The notes: generated by a model not told the origin, from the letters alone. A DNA stretch of 64,000 nt from an uncultured Duncaniella sp. (GCF_910588795.1 NZ_CAJURI010000003.1), one strand, 5' to 3'; shown: positions 29,638 through 40,776, counted from the first letter of the stretch. Made by a program: numbers and translations.

Positions 29638-30453
29638 CTAAAGCTCTATTTTCGTTGCCTTGACAGGCTCCTCCATAAATATCCCGGCAAGATCGGTGAA
29701 TTTATCGGGATTCTCTGTGGTGAGATATGTGACTGTGCCACCCTTTGAGCAGCGGGCATCCATCTCAGGATGTCTTTTCATGTAATCGGCAAGGCTTGAA
29801 GCCACAAGACTGCCCTGGGTTATTATTTTGGCACGATCTGCCACACACTTCTCAATCTTCTTCAGTAGCAGCGGATAGTGTGTGCATGCGAGCACTATGG
29901 TATCTGTTTCGGGCTCCTCGGCAAACAGCTGCTCCACATATTTATTGACAAAATAGTCCGCACCCGGAGAGTCATACTCCTTGTTTTCCACCAACGGCAC
30001 CCACATCGGACATGCCACCGATACAGTGCGGAAAGATGGTAGGAACTTCGCAATCTCTATCTCATAAGTGCCCGATGACACGGTGCCGGGAGTGCCGAGC
30101 ACTCCTATGTTGCCGTTCTCGCTCACCTTGCCGAGAGCCTCCACAGTGGGTATTATCACGCCAAGCACCCTCTTGTCAGGACCTATAGTCGGAAGGTCCT
30201 TCTGCTGTATGGAACGTAAGGCTTTGGCCGAAGCGGTGTTACATGCCAGTATCACCATCTCGCAACCGCGTGCGAACAGATCTCTGACAGCCTGAAGTGT
30301 GAACTCATACACCACATCAAACGAGCGTGTGCCGTATGGAGCCCTTGCATTGTCGCCAAGATATATGTAATCATACTCCGGGAGAGCCTTGCGTATCTCC
30401 TTAAGAATAGTCAGGCCTCCGTAGCCCGAATCAAAAACGCCTATTGGTCCCAT
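29638..30453 (-). CDS. murI: Glutamate racemase
   Basis: IGVFDSGYGGLT, ACNTAS, LACTHYP. Confidence 0.96.
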   Translation of the reverse strand: MGPIGVFDSGYGGLTILKEIRKALPEYDYIYLGDNARAPYGTRSFDVVYEFTLQAVRDLFARGCEMVILACNTASAKALRSIQQKDLPTIGPDKRVLGVIIPTVEALGKVSENGNIGVLGTPGTVSSGTYEIEIAKFLPSFRTVSVACPMWVPLVENKEYDSPGADYFVNKYVEQLFAEEPETDTIVLACTHYPLLLKKIEKCVADRAKIITQGSLVASSLADYMKRHPEMDARCSKGGTVTYLTTENPDKFTDLAGIFMEEPVKATKIEL

Positions 30454-30506
30454 TTCTCAATGTCAAGTTTATGGAATGAAAAATTACAGGAGGTGCAGAT
30501 ATTGCA

Positions 30507-30544
30507 ATCTCCGGCTGCAAGGAAAACACCTTGAAGCCGGAGAT
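30507..30544 (-). terminator. Stem-loop at the end of the nuo/atp operon
   Basis: ATCTCCGGCT...AGCCGGAGAT with an inner CAAGG/CCTTG stem. Confidence 0.6.
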
Positions 30545-30567
30545 GGTTTTAGATATTTTTACAATTG

Positions 30568-32007
30568 TCAGCCAATTGTAAGAAGATAGTTATAGAAGTA
30601 GCTTATGATGCCGAGTCCGATGATGCCGGCCACACATATCCACATGCCCAGACGCTCCGAACATGCCGAACGGAATGTAGCTATAGGCTGTTCGCTGTCG
30701 TTGATGAACATGGCCTTAACCACGAGGAGATAGTAGTAGAGCGAGATGATGGTGTTGATCAACGCTATGAGCACGAGCACATACAGAGCCACGGAATTGG
30801 TGCCGTTGAGCGCGGATGTGAACACGAAGAACTTGCTGAAGAATCCTGCAAAGGGCGGGATTCCTGCCAGCGAGAACATTGCGAGCATCATGGTGAATGC
30901 CAGGCGCGGATTGGTCTTGTAGAGACCGTTATAGTCAGTCATGAGCAGCTTGCCTGAAGCATTCTCTATGGCTCCTATCACACCGAATGCGGCGAGATTG
31001 GAGAACACATACACAAGAACATAGAACATCAGGGCCGATACACCCATGGCGTTGTCGCCGATCACTGCAAGCATGATATAGCCGGCCTGTGATATGGAGG
31101 AAAAAGCGAGGAATCTCTTCATGTTGACCTGACGCATGGCAAAGAGGTTGCCGACTGTGATCGTGAGTATGATCAGAGCATACAGCATCCACTCCCAGGC
31201 TTCAGAGTAAAGCGTGCCGAACACCTGGGTAAGCACCACGAGAAATGCAAACGCCGCAGAGCCTTTGGATATCACCGAGAGATATGAGGTGACCGATGTG
31301 GGCGCACCCTGATATACATCGGCTGTCCAAAGGTGGAACGGCACAAGCGAGATCTTGAATCCGAAACCGGCCATGACGAATGCAAGTGCGACTATCATCA
31401 TCACACTCATGTTCGTGCTGCAGAAGAGTGCTATGTCGGCATAGTAGAGCGATCCGGTGAGACCGTACACATAAGAGAGACCCATCAGAAGCACCGCTGA
31501 GGAGAACACTGCGGTAAGCACGTACTTGATGGCTGCCTCATGGCTCTCGTAACGGTTCTTGTCAAATGCGACAAGAGCGCATAGCGGAAGTGACGCTGTC
31601 TCAAGTCCTATGATGAACATCAGGAAGTGGCGGCTCGATATCATGAAGTACATGCCAAGAAGCGTGAGGAGGATAAGTTCATAGAACTCTCCGCGGCGCA
31701 CGGATGTGAACTCGGAGTTGGCCCATTTGATCGACTGAATGAGCACTATCACCACACCCACATTGAGTATGTTCTTGATCGCCACCATAACCGGCGATGA
31801 CACGTACATTCCGGCAAACGCCACGGCATCAGCCTTGACTTCAGGGCAGAAACCCCAGAGCGTAAGCACAAGCATGAGCACTGTGGAGATGACAGGGAGT
31901 GCCCCCTGCGACTTGCGCGGTGCGAAAGTGTCGTAGAGGAATACTAACAGAAATACTATCAGCAGTCCGATTTCCTGCTTAAGGGCTAAAAACTGTGAAT
32001 AATCCAT
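30568..32007 (-). CDS. nuoN: NADH-quinone oxidoreductase subunit N
   Basis: EAAIKY, FKISLVPFHLWTADVYQGAPT, SLAGIPPFAGFFSK. Confidence 0.95.
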   Translation of the reverse strand: MDYSQFLALKQEIGLLIVFLLVFLYDTFAPRKSQGALPVISTVLMLVLTLWGFCPEVKADAVAFAGMYVSSPVMVAIKNILNVGVVIVLIQSIKWANSEFTSVRRGEFYELILLTLLGMYFMISSRHFLMFIIGLETASLPLCALVAFDKNRYESHEAAIKYVLTAVFSSAVLLMGLSYVYGLTGSLYYADIALFCSTNMSVMMIVALAFVMAGFGFKISLVPFHLWTADVYQGAPTSVTSYLSVISKGSAAFAFLVVLTQVFGTLYSEAWEWMLYALIILTITVGNLFAMRQVNMKRFLAFSSISQAGYIMLAVIGDNAMGVSALMFYVLVYVFSNLAAFGVIGAIENASGKLLMTDYNGLYKTNPRLAFTMMLAMFSLAGIPPFAGFFSKFFVFTSALNGTNSVALYVLVLIALINTIISLYYYLLVVKAMFINDSEQPIATFRSACSERLGMWICVAGIIGLGIISYFYNYLLTIG

Positions 32008-32024
32008 TGCTTAATTCTTAGATA

Positions 32025-33530
32025 TTAGTGCAGGCCAAGGACAGAGAATATCTCCGGGCTGAATGTGAACTTGATAAGGTCGGCAAAAAAATTGGGGAAG
32101 AAGCCTATGCAGGCCACGCTCACGATCAGCGTGGCTGTCGAGAGACGCTCCCACCACTTTGCATCGGTCAGTGTCATGTGGTGCTGGTCATATACAGGTC
32201 CGTAAAGCAGCTTGCCCACCACTCGCAGTATGTAGACCGCTGTAGTGACTATGGAGCTGCAAGCCACGATGACAAACACACGGTGGAAAAGATCGGTGTG
32301 CTGGAACGAACCGACGAATATGGTCATCTCGGCGACAAAGCCCGACAGGCCCGGCAATCCGAGAGACGCCATACCGGCGATAACATAGCAGACCGAAAGG
32401 TAAGGCAGGATCTGCATCATGCCTCCCATCTCGCGTATGTCACGTGTGTGGGTGCGGCCGTATATCATACCTATGAGCGCGAAGAAGAGTGCCGTCATGA
32501 GGCCATGCGAGAGCATCTGCATTATGGCACCTGTCATCGCTGTGGTGTTGAGCATAAGGATGGCGAACAGCACCAGTCCGCAGTGCGACACCGACGAGTA
32601 GGCGTTGATATACTTGAGGTCGTTCTGCACACATGCGCTGAACGCACCGTACACCACAGAGATACCGGTAAGTATGATGAATATCCATGCGAGCTCGTGG
32701 GCAGCCTGAGGCATCAGGTAGATGGCAACACGGAAGCAGCCATAGCCGCCAAGCTTCATGAGCACACCGGCATGGAGCATAGACACTGCCGTGGGGGCCG
32801 ATGCATGACCGTCGGGCGACCATGTGTGGAACGGGAACATGGCACCGAGCACACCGAAGCCGACGAATGTCATCGGGAACAGGAACTTCTGCCAACCTAT
32901 AGTGATTGACTCGTTCTTCACTATCTCAAGGATATTCCAGGTCAGAGGCTGTCCTTCCGGAGCCGAGTGGTAATATATGCCGATAAGACCGAGCATAAGG
33001 AATGCCGAACCGCCCATAAGCATGAGCGTGAGCTTCATAGCGGAATAATTCTTGTTGCCCGAGCCCCAGACACCGATGAGAAGGTACATGGGTATCAGCG
33101 CAACCTCATAGAACATGAACATCGTGAAAAGGTCCACCGATATGAAGAATCCGTACACACCTGTCGAAAGGAGTATAAGCCAAAGGAAGAACTCCTTGGG
33201 CTGCGGTATCTCCCACGACGCGAAGCTGCCGGTCACCATTATGACGCCGGTGAGGATGAGCATGGCTATGGAAATACCGTCGACACCTACGGCAAGATGT
33301 ATGTTAAGAGGCGCAAACCATTCCCAGGAGCCCAAATAGAGCATTGGGGCATCGTTGCCTGCGGCACGCAGTCCTAAATAATCGACAAGGAGCCATATCG
33401 ACAGGGCGGTAAGCGCGACCGAACCTGTGACTGCCACAGCACGTATCTGCTTTATGTCGCGGCAGAGGAACAACCCCAGGAGCATTACCAAGGGGATGAC
33501 CACGAAATAGATTAATATATTTGAGAACAT
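32025..33530 (-). CDS. nuoM: NADH-quinone oxidoreductase subunit M
   Basis: GVDGIS, PFHTWSPDGHASAPT, LMKLGGYG, GLPGLSGFVAE. Confidence 0.95.
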   Translation of the reverse strand: MFSNILIYFVVIPLVMLLGLFLCRDIKQIRAVAVTGSVALTALSIWLLVDYLGLRAAGNDAPMLYLGSWEWFAPLNIHLAVGVDGISIAMLILTGVIMVTGSFASWEIPQPKEFFLWLILLSTGVYGFFISVDLFTMFMFYEVALIPMYLLIGVWGSGNKNYSAMKLTLMLMGGSAFLMLGLIGIYYHSAPEGQPLTWNILEIVKNESITIGWQKFLFPMTFVGFGVLGAMFPFHTWSPDGHASAPTAVSMLHAGVLMKLGGYGCFRVAIYLMPQAAHELAWIFIILTGISVVYGAFSACVQNDLKYINAYSSVSHCGLVLFAILMLNTTAMTGAIMQMLSHGLMTALFFALIGMIYGRTHTRDIREMGGMMQILPYLSVCYVIAGMASLGLPGLSGFVAEMTIFVGSFQHTDLFHRVFVIVACSSIVTTAVYILRVVGKLLYGPVYDQHHMTLTDAKWWERLSTATLIVSVACIGFFPNFFADLIKFTFSPEIFSVLGLH

Positions 33531-33560
33531 ATCGTTACTATATTTGCTACTTTTACATTA

Positions 33561-35531
33561 TTACAGGACGCATACTGCGGTGATGATTCCAAGAAGTATC
33601 GCTCCGACAAGATACCACCACACATACATCTGTACCTTTCCGCTCTGCAGCCCCTTGATGGCTACCGATGCCGCATTGGTGACATAAGCGAGACCGTTCA
33701 TAGTGCCGTCGATGATGTGGCGGTCAAACCATGCTATGGGCTTGCATATGCCGTCGAATATTATGCGATGGGTAACCCAAAGATAGATCTCATCCCAGTA
33801 GAACCTGCGGTGAGCTGCGGTCCAGAGCCAACGGCAGGAATCCGCCATGCGGACAGGCTTGTCGTTCTTCTTCATATAGAGCCATGCGGCGAGTGCTATG
33901 GCTACGACAGCCACGCCTATGCTCATGCCGGCAACGCTCCAGTCAATGTGGATATGATACTCATGTCCGTCCCATGTGACAAGCTCGCCGAAAGGCGCCC
34001 AGCCGGCCACACATGACACAACTGCGAGGAACACCAGCGGGAACGCCATTGAGAACGGCGACTCATGAGGCATCGACGCATGATGGCCGTGAGCTTCCTG
34101 CTCCTTCACACGGGCCTCGTAGTCGGGATTGTCCCACCAGAATATGAGGAAGTACATACGGAACATGTAGAACGCTGTCATGCCGGCAACCATCATCATC
34201 CATACTCCCCAGAAAGTATTGTTGGCGAAGCATGCAGCAAGGATCTCGTCCTTAGAGAAGAACCCGGCGAAAGGCCAGATACCGGCTATGGCGAGACAGC
34301 CTATGAGGAATGTGATGTGGGTGACAGGCATATACTTGCGCAGGCCGCCCATGGCAGTATAGTTGTTGGAATGAACGGCATGGATAAGGGAACCTGCTCC
34401 AAGGAAAAGGAGTGCCTTGAACATCGCGTGCGTGAACAGATGGAACATTGAAGCCATGTATCCGAGACCCTCATGGATAGCCTCGCCATGCTTGGCGGCA
34501 ACGCCGAGCGACACCATCATGAACGCGATCTGCGAGATGGTCGAGAATGCAAGGATACGCTTGATATCGATCTGCGCGCATGCCACACACGCCGCATAGA
34601 ATGCTGTGACGGCACCTACGACAGTTATGAATGTCAGAGCGGCATCCTCAAGCATATAGAGGGGGAACAGACGGGCCACAAGATAGACACCGGCCACGAC
34701 CATAGTGGCTGCATGGATAAGTGCCGACACCGGGGTGGGACCCTCCATGGCATCGGGAAGCCATATGTGAAGAGGAAGCATCGCCGACTTGCCCATACCT
34801 CCCGTGAAGATCAGCACAAGGGCCCAGGTGAGGACCGAAGCTCCCATAAAGGTCGCTCCGCCAAACGACTCGAACACCGCCTGCGGATGCTGGGTCATGG
34901 GAAGGAAGTCGAGCTGACCTGTATAGAACGACAGGATAAGGATACCTATCAGGAAACCGAGGTCGGCAAAACGTGTGACGATGAATGCCTTCTTACAGGC
35001 CGATACAGCACTCGGCAATGTGTAGAAGAATCCGATGAGGAGGAATGATGACGCACCCACAAGCTCCCAGAAGATGTACATCTGGAAGATATTTGTTGCG
35101 ACAACAAGCCCGAGCATAGAGAAACTGAACAGCGAGAGGAAAGCATAGTAACGCTGAAATCCCTTCTCGCCGTGCATGTACCCGAGAGAATAGACATGCA
35201 CCATGAATGAGATGGTGGGTATGACTATGAGAAGCAATGCCGAGATAGGATCAAGCAGGAAGCCTATCCTGATGGCAAGAGCCGGGGTAAACTGAAGCCA
35301 TGTCTGATTGAACACGGTGTACTGCAGACGGGTGGTGCCGTCTATGAATTCAGGAGCACCGGAGAACCAGTATGTGAACGCTGTGTAATATGACAGGACA
35401 AGCACTGTGCCCATGCCGATAGTGCCGAGCGTACCGGCCATCTTGTGGCTCATCTTCACGCCTACAAGCCCCAGAAACAGGAACATGAAGAACGGGATAG
35501 CCAATATAAGTACAGGAATTGTTATATCCAT
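33561..35531 (-). CDS. nuoL: NADH-quinone oxidoreductase subunit L
   Basis: GKSAMLPLHIWLPDAMEGPTPVSALIHAATMV, HAMFKALLFL, GFFSKD. Confidence 0.96.
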   Translation of the reverse strand: MDITIPVLILAIPFFMFLFLGLVGVKMSHKMAGTLGTIGMGTVLVLSYYTAFTYWFSGAPEFIDGTTRLQYTVFNQTWLQFTPALAIRIGFLLDPISALLLIVIPTISFMVHVYSLGYMHGEKGFQRYYAFLSLFSFSMLGLVVATNIFQMYIFWELVGASSFLLIGFFYTLPSAVSACKKAFIVTRFADLGFLIGILILSFYTGQLDFLPMTQHPQAVFESFGGATFMGASVLTWALVLIFTGGMGKSAMLPLHIWLPDAMEGPTPVSALIHAATMVVAGVYLVARLFPLYMLEDAALTFITVVGAVTAFYAACVACAQIDIKRILAFSTISQIAFMMVSLGVAAKHGEAIHEGLGYMASMFHLFTHAMFKALLFLGAGSLIHAVHSNNYTAMGGLRKYMPVTHITFLIGCLAIAGIWPFAGFFSKDEILAACFANNTFWGVWMMMVAGMTAFYMFRMYFLIFWWDNPDYEARVKEQEAHGHHASMPHESPFSMAFPLVFLAVVSCVAGWAPFGELVTWDGHEYHIHIDWSVAGMSIGVAVVAIALAAWLYMKKNDKPVRMADSCRWLWTAAHRRFYWDEIYLWVTHRIIFDGICKPIAWFDRHIIDGTMNGLAYVTNAASVAIKGLQSGKVQMYVWWYLVGAILLGIITAVCVL

Positions 35532-35538
35532 ATCGCTA

Positions 35539-35850
35539 TTAATGTTTCATTTGGGTTGTGTCGGCGACATCGATATTCTTGCTCACCCTGAACAGATTGA
35601 TGATGATGGCTATGGCGAGCGCGGTCTCGGCGGCGGCTATGGCTATGCCGAAGAGCGTGAACATCCAGCCGTCGTTGGTGCCGGGGAACAGATAACGGTT
35701 AAAGACGACAAAGTTAATATCGACAGCATTGAGCATCAGTTCGAGCGAAATGAGCATTGCTATCATATTGCGGCGGGTGAGGAAGCCGTAAACCCCGCAG
35801 CAGAACATCACCAGGGCGGGGACCAGATACCATATTAATGTTATATCCAT
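35539..35850 (-). CDS. nuoK: NADH-quinone oxidoreductase subunit K
   Basis: RRNMIAMLISLELMLNA, IAAAETALA. Confidence 0.95.
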   Translation of the reverse strand: MDITLIWYLVPALVMFCCGVYGFLTRRNMIAMLISLELMLNAVDINFVVFNRYLFPGTNDGWMFTLFGIAIAAAETALAIAIIINLFRVSKNIDVADTTQMKH

Positions 35851-35866
35851 AATCGTATCGGGGGGG

Positions 35867-36382
35867 TTAACGTTTGCGGGCGACCACTACGCCACCAATT
35901 ATACAAGCAAGCAACAACACACTGACAGCCTCGAAGGGCAGAAGATACTGACCGTAACCTGTGCCGAGCATAGCTGTGCCTATCTCATGCATCGTGGGAT
36001 TGGCCATGTCGGGGGCTGAGGTGAATATGTCGGCGCAGCGTGAGCACAAGGCCCATCCGCAAGCACCGGCGGCTGCGATAGCCCCCACCAGACCGAGGAT
36101 GCGCTTGCGCGACTCAAGGAGCGCGGCATTGTCGCCCGGACGTGTGGTAAGGAGTATCGAGAATACAAACAGCACCACTATGCCGCCGGCATACACTGCT
36201 ATCTGCACGGCACCCAGAAACTCATAGTCAAGCTTGAAATAAAGCGCGGCTGTAGCGAAGAGGGTGAAGAGCAGGTAGGTGGCAGCGCGGAGTATCTTGC
36301 GCGTGGTGACAGTAAGTACCGAAAAGACGACAATCGCCAACGCGATTATCCAGTAACAAATTGTACTTCCTACTGATTCCAT
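35867..36382 (-). CDS. nuoJ: NADH-quinone oxidoreductase subunit J
   Basis: QIAVYAGGIVVLFVF, YLLPFEAVSVLLL. Confidence 0.94.
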   Translation of the reverse strand: MESVGSTICYWIIALAIVVFSVLTVTTRKILRAATYLLFTLFATAALYFKLDYEFLGAVQIAVYAGGIVVLFVFSILLTTRPGDNAALLESRKRILGLVGAIAAAGACGWALCSRCADIFTSAPDMANPTMHEIGTAMLGTGYGQYLLPFEAVSVLLLACIIGGVVVARKR

Positions 36383-36396
36383 ATACTGTTGATGAT

Positions 36397-37134
36397 TTAG
36401 CTATTTGAAGCACCGTTCTTCGCAGCCTTCAGCTGGGCGGCCTTAAGGATGGCGGCGCGTATCTTGTCAAGCTTCTCGGGATCGGATGCTGCTGCGGCGA
36501 GAGCCTTCTTCTGGGCATCGTTAAGCTCGATACCTGCCAGAGGATCAGCCTCTGCGGCAGGAGCGGCTCCTGATGCGGCAGCTGCTTTCTTGGCCTCGGC
36601 AGCCGCCTTTGCAGCAGCGATCTTGGCCTCCTTCTCGGCCTGCATCTTCGCTATCTGCTCCGGGGTAGGTTTAGGCTCCTCCTTCTCGGGGAGATAATTG
36701 AGTTTCTTGACAAGTTTGTCGCGGGTGAACACTGCCTGCTCGAAATCATTGCTGAACTCCAGCGCGTCAGTGGGACAGTTGGTCACACACAGCTGGCAGA
36801 ATGTGCAGCTGCCGAGATCATACATGTACTTGTCGAGTTTCTTTTTCTTCTTGCCATCCCAGGTCTCTACCTGCTTTATGTCAAGACTGATGGTGCCATT
36901 GGGGCACACACGCTCACACGTGCCGCAGGCGATACACTTATGGTTGCCCTGGTCATCGTACTTAAGCGTAAGTACCGCACGGAAACGGTCGGCCACCGGA
37001 TGGTTGTCGCGGTTGTCGGGGTACTCTTCGGTAATCTTGGGGGTGACAAATTCCTTGCCGGTAACCGACATACCCTTGATGAGGCTTGCGATTCCCGACC
37101 CGAGATTGGTGAAATAGTCTTTTACACTACCCAT
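36397..37134 (-). CDS. nuoI: NADH-quinone oxidoreductase subunit I (2x[4Fe-4S]) with an Ala/Lys-rich C-terminal extension
   Basis: CIACGTCERVCP and CTFCQLCVTNCP ferredoxin motifs. Confidence 0.93.
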   Translation of the reverse strand: MGSVKDYFTNLGSGIASLIKGMSVTGKEFVTPKITEEYPDNRDNHPVADRFRAVLTLKYDDQGNHKCIACGTCERVCPNGTISLDIKQVETWDGKKKKKLDKYMYDLGSCTFCQLCVTNCPTDALEFSNDFEQAVFTRDKLVKKLNYLPEKEEPKPTPEQIAKMQAEKEAKIAAAKAAAEAKKAAAASGAAPAAEADPLAGIELNDAQKKALAAAASDPEKLDKIRAAILKAAQLKAAKNGASNS

Positions 37135-37166
37135 GTTGAAGGATTGGATATTGAATTGGTTTTATT

Positions 37167-38051
37167 CTAATTTTTCACCTGTCCGCCGATTATATCGAGC
37201 AGTTCGGTGGTTATGCTCTGCTGGCGCAGCTTGTTGTATTCAAGCTGCAGCTGTTCGAGCAGGTTCTTTGCATTGTCGTTCGCGCTCTGCATCGCCATGA
37301 TGCGGGCGGCCTGTTCGGAAGCACGGTTCTCCGTGAACACTTCCTGCATCACCGACAGCAGGAACATAGGGAGGACCGAACGGAATATGGTGGCGGCATC
37401 CGGCTCGAATATGCAAGGGCGGCACACGGCCTTGACCCCTTCGGAGGAGAATGTCGAGGCATCCACAGGCAGATACTGTTCGCAGCGCAGCCGCTGGCGG
37501 CTCACGCTCTGGAAATTCATGTACAGGAGCTGCACGGAGTCGACCGCTCCCGAGAGGAAACGCTCGCTGAGCATTCCCGCAAATCTCTTTATGGCATCTG
37601 CCCCGCTCTTGGAGCTGACACTTTCGTCATTCACCTCGGTGATATGCGGATCCGTGAGCTTGGCCACAGCCTTATGTATCTTGCGGCCTACGGTGAATAC
37701 GGTGAAATCCACATCCTCGCCCCACTTCTCACGGCATTCTTTAAAGCGGGCGAGAAGTTCCTTGAAGATATTGATGTTATATCCGCCACACAGTCCGTCG
37801 TCAGAGCCTAACACCACTATGCCTACACGCTTCACCTCCCGCTCCTCGGTGAGGGGTGACGAGAACTCGGCATCGGCTGTAAGCAGATTGCCGATTATCG
37901 TCTCGATCTGGCTGCGGAATGGTAGAAGCCGCCGCAGGTCGGCCTCGGCACGGTGCATCTTGGCCGAAGAGATCATCTTCATAGCCCCGGTGATCTTCTC
38001 ACTCGAAGCCACCGAGCCGATGCGTCCTTTTAGTTCGCGAAGTGTTGCCAT
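37167..38051 (-). CDS. atpG: ATP synthase F1 gamma subunit
   Basis: KITGAMKMIS, SDDGLCGGYN, SEQAARIMAM..A.DNA, YNKLRQQSITTEL. Confidence 0.96.
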   Translation of the reverse strand: MATLRELKGRIGSVASSEKITGAMKMISSAKMHRAEADLRRLLPFRSQIETIIGNLLTADAEFSSPLTEEREVKRVGIVVLGSDDGLCGGYNINIFKELLARFKECREKWGEDVDFTVFTVGRKIHKAVAKLTDPHITEVNDESVSSKSGADAIKRFAGMLSERFLSGAVDSVQLLYMNFQSVSRQRLRCEQYLPVDASTFSSEGVKAVCRPCIFEPDAATIFRSVLPMFLLSVMQEVFTENRASEQAARIMAMQSANDNAKNLLEQLQLEYNKLRQQSITTELLDIIGGQVKN

Positions 38052-38088
38052 GTATTATAGGGTGTGATGAGACTTCTGTATCTTACTG

Positions 38089-39660
38089 TTATTTGTAGGC
38101 ACCGGCTACCTCGGCGGCCGCGGATGTGAGCTTTTCTGTGATAGCATCGTCAAGCTTCCCTGCACGTATGGCATCCATTGCCTCGGGATACTTGGCATGC
38201 ATGAGCTGGAGGAAGTTTTTCTCGAATTCGGCAACCTTTTCCACCGGCACATTCTCGAGCAGGCCGCGTGTGCCGCAATATATGACTGCCACCTCGTCCT
38301 CTACAGCCATAGGTGTGTACTGGGGCTGTATGAGCAGACGTTCGTTCTTGCGTCCCTTGTCAATCACACGGGCTGTCACGGCATCGATATCGCCGCCGAA
38401 CTTGGTGAACGACTCAAGCTCGCGGAACTGCGCCTGATCTATCTTCAGTGTTCCGGCCACCTTCTTCATCGACTTGATCTGCGCGCTGCCGCCCACACGT
38501 GACACGGATATGCCCACATTGATTGCGGGACGGATACCGCGGTTGAACAGAGCGGTCTCAAGGAATATCTGACCGTCAGTGATAGAGATAACGTTGGTAG
38601 GTATGTAGGCTGACACGTCGCCGGCCTGAGTCTCTATTATAGGAAGAGCCGTGAGCGAGCCTCCGCATTTCACCTTGCCTTTGAGCGAGGCCGGAAGGTC
38701 GTTCATATTCTCGGCCACCTGCTGGTTGTCAATGATCTTGGCTGCACGTTCGAGCAGACGGCTGTGCAGATAAAATATATCGCCGGGATATGCCTCGCGG
38801 CCTGACGGACGCTTCAGCACGAGCGATATCTCACGATAGGCAACAGCCTGCTTCGACAGGTCATCGTAGACGATGAGAGCGTCACGCCCGGTGTCACGTA
38901 TGAACTCGCCGATAGCCACGCCGGCAAACGGTGCGTAATAGCGCATCGAAGCCGAGTCGGAGGCAGTGGCAGCCACGACCACGGTATAGTCGAGGGCTCC
39001 GTGCTGGCGGAGAGTCTCCACAATAGCTGCAACCGATGAAGCCTTCTGACCTATGGCGACATATATACAGTAGACAGGCTTACCCTCCTCAAAATTCTTG
39101 CGCTGGTTGATGATAGTGTCGATAGCCACGGCAGTCTTACCGATCTGACGGTCACCGATGATAAGCTCGCGCTGTCCGCGGCCTATGGGCACCATAGAGT
39201 CGATGGCCTTAAGACCGGTCTGCAGCGGCTGCTTGACGGGCTGACGGAATATTACGCCGGGAGCCTTGCGCTCGAGCGGCATGGGAAGAAGCTCGCCCGA
39301 GATGGGTCCGCGACCGTCGATGGGCTGGCCGAGCACATTGATTACACGCCCAAACACGCCGTCGCCGACGTTGATTGAAGCAATTTCGCCGGTGCGCTTG
39401 ACAGTCATGTTTTCCGTGACCTTGTTGACATTGTTGAGGAGGATGACACCGACATTGCTCTCCTCAAGGTTGAGAGCCACGCCCTTGACGCCGTTCTCGA
39501 ACTCTACGAGCTCATTGGCGCATACGTTGTCGAGACCGTACACATGGGCAACGCCGTCTCCCACCTCGAGTACGATGCCGGTTTCTTCAAACGACACCTT
39601 AGAGTTGACATTCTCCAACTGTTGCTTCAGTACCTGAGAAATCTCGCTTGGGTTAATCAT
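38089..39660 (-). CDS. atpA: ATP synthase F1 alpha subunit
   Basis: [51 protein letters not shown]. Confidence 0.97.
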   Translation of the reverse strand: MINPSEISQVLKQQLENVNSKVSFEETGIVLEVGDGVAHVYGLDNVCANELVEFENGVKGVALNLEESNVGVILLNNVNKVTENMTVKRTGEIASINVGDGVFGRVINVLGQPIDGRGPISGELLPMPLERKAPGVIFRQPVKQPLQTGLKAIDSMVPIGRGQRELIIGDRQIGKTAVAIDTIINQRKNFEEGKPVYCIYVAIGQKASSVAAIVETLRQHGALDYTVVVAATASDSASMRYYAPFAGVAIGEFIRDTGRDALIVYDDLSKQAVAYREISLVLKRPSGREAYPGDIFYLHSRLLERAAKIIDNQQVAENMNDLPASLKGKVKCGGSLTALPIIETQAGDVSAYIPTNVISITDGQIFLETALFNRGIRPAINVGISVSRVGGSAQIKSMKKVAGTLKIDQAQFRELESFTKFGGDIDAVTARVIDKGRKNERLLIQPQYTPMAVEDEVAVIYCGTRGLLENVPVEKVAEFEKNFLQLMHAKYPEAMDAIRAGKLDDAITEKLTSAAAEVAGAYK

Positions 39661-39687
39661 TGGTAAGACTGATTGTAAAATGTGGGA

Positions 39688-40230
39688 TTAGTTTAAAAGT
39701 TTCAGACGCAGCTGCTTGAGTTCATTGGCAACGGACGCGTCAAGTTTCTCGTTGTCAATGCTCACCTGGAAACCGCCTATGAGGTCAGGGTTTACCTGAT
39801 GGTTATACTCCATAGTAGCCGAGCCGAGGTGCCGCTGTATGAGCTGCTTGAGCCTGCTCTCCTCCGCCTCGGCCATGGGAGCGGCCGAAGTGACGGTGAC
39901 AAGGCGTATGTTATGCTCTGTGCGGTAGATCTTAAGATAAGCCAAGGCTATGTCGCGCGCCATGTCGAGGCGGTTGTTGTCGGCGAGCAGATCCAGAAAC
40001 CTTGACATGGCCATGTCATTTTCGTTGGAACCTGACGCTGTGGTGAGCAGCTGTATCTTGTCATGACGCGAGACATAGGGATTGCTCACGGCCCTGACAA
40101 GCGCGGGCTCCGAGGCAAACGCGCCGGCAAGAGTCTGCATGCGCTCAAACACTGGTTTGTCGCAACCGTGCTCCGAGGCATACTCGAAGAGTGCCTTGGC
40201 ATAGCGACTTGGGATTAGACCTTGGTTCAT
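39688..40230 (-). CDS. atpH: ATP synthase F1 delta subunit
   Basis: RYAKALF, VTSA, VNPDLIGGF...DASV. Confidence 0.93.
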   Translation of the reverse strand: MNQGLIPSRYAKALFEYASEHGCDKPVFERMQTLAGAFASEPALVRAVSNPYVSRHDKIQLLTTASGSNENDMAMSRFLDLLADNNRLDMARDIALAYLKIYRTEHNIRLVTVTSAAPMAEAEESRLKQLIQRHLGSATMEYNHQVNPDLIGGFQVSIDNEKLDASVANELKQLRLKLLN

Positions 40231-40259
40231 TGCTTGAGATTAGTAGGGGGGATGAAATC

Positions 40260-40757
40260 TTAGTTCTGTTTCTCGATTTCGTCGAGCAGGGAGTTCACGA
40301 GCTTCTCCTGAGCCTTCTCCTCCTTCAGCTGGTTGCGCACCACCTTCTGGGCTATGTCGAGGGCAAATGTGGAAACCTCGTTGCGGAACTGCTCCTGGGC
40401 AGCCTTGCGCTCCTGTTCGATTGTCAGTTTGGCGTTGTCCATCACCTTCTTGGCCTCATTCTGGGCAGCCGAGCGAGCCTCGTCTATGATCTGAGTCTTC
40501 ATTCTGTCGGCTTCACGCAGCATGTCGGCCTGCTGGCGGCGGGCTTCTGCTATGTATTTATCCGCCTCTTCGCGGGCATGGTCAAGCTGTTCTTTGGCAC
40601 TTTGAGCATACTCCACACCCTTGTCGATGAGGTCGGCACGGTCGGATACCCCTTTCATTATCGCGGGCCAGCCCCACCGCCACAGTATGACGAAGAGGAT
40701 GGCAAACGATACGAACATCCAGAATATCAGGCCGAAATCAGGCGTGAATAGTTCCAT
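40260..40757 (-). CDS. atpF: ATP synthase Fo subunit b
   Basis: PDFGLIFW, single TM helix, then a long charged coiled coil. Confidence 0.93.
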   Translation of the reverse strand: MELFTPDFGLIFWMFVSFAILFVILWRWGWPAIMKGVSDRADLIDKGVEYAQSAKEQLDHAREEADKYIAEARRQQADMLREADRMKTQIIDEARSAAQNEAKKVMDNAKLTIEQERKAAQEQFRNEVSTFALDIAQKVVRNQLKEEKAQEKLVNSLLDEIEKQN

Positions 40758-40776
40758 AGCTGGGATATGCCAAAGA

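Noticed and set aside
39130..39165. AtpA Walker A reads GDRQIGKT instead of the usual GDRQTGKT
   Set aside because: The change is at a variable P-loop position of the non-catalytic subunit and GKT is intact; no evidence of inactivation.
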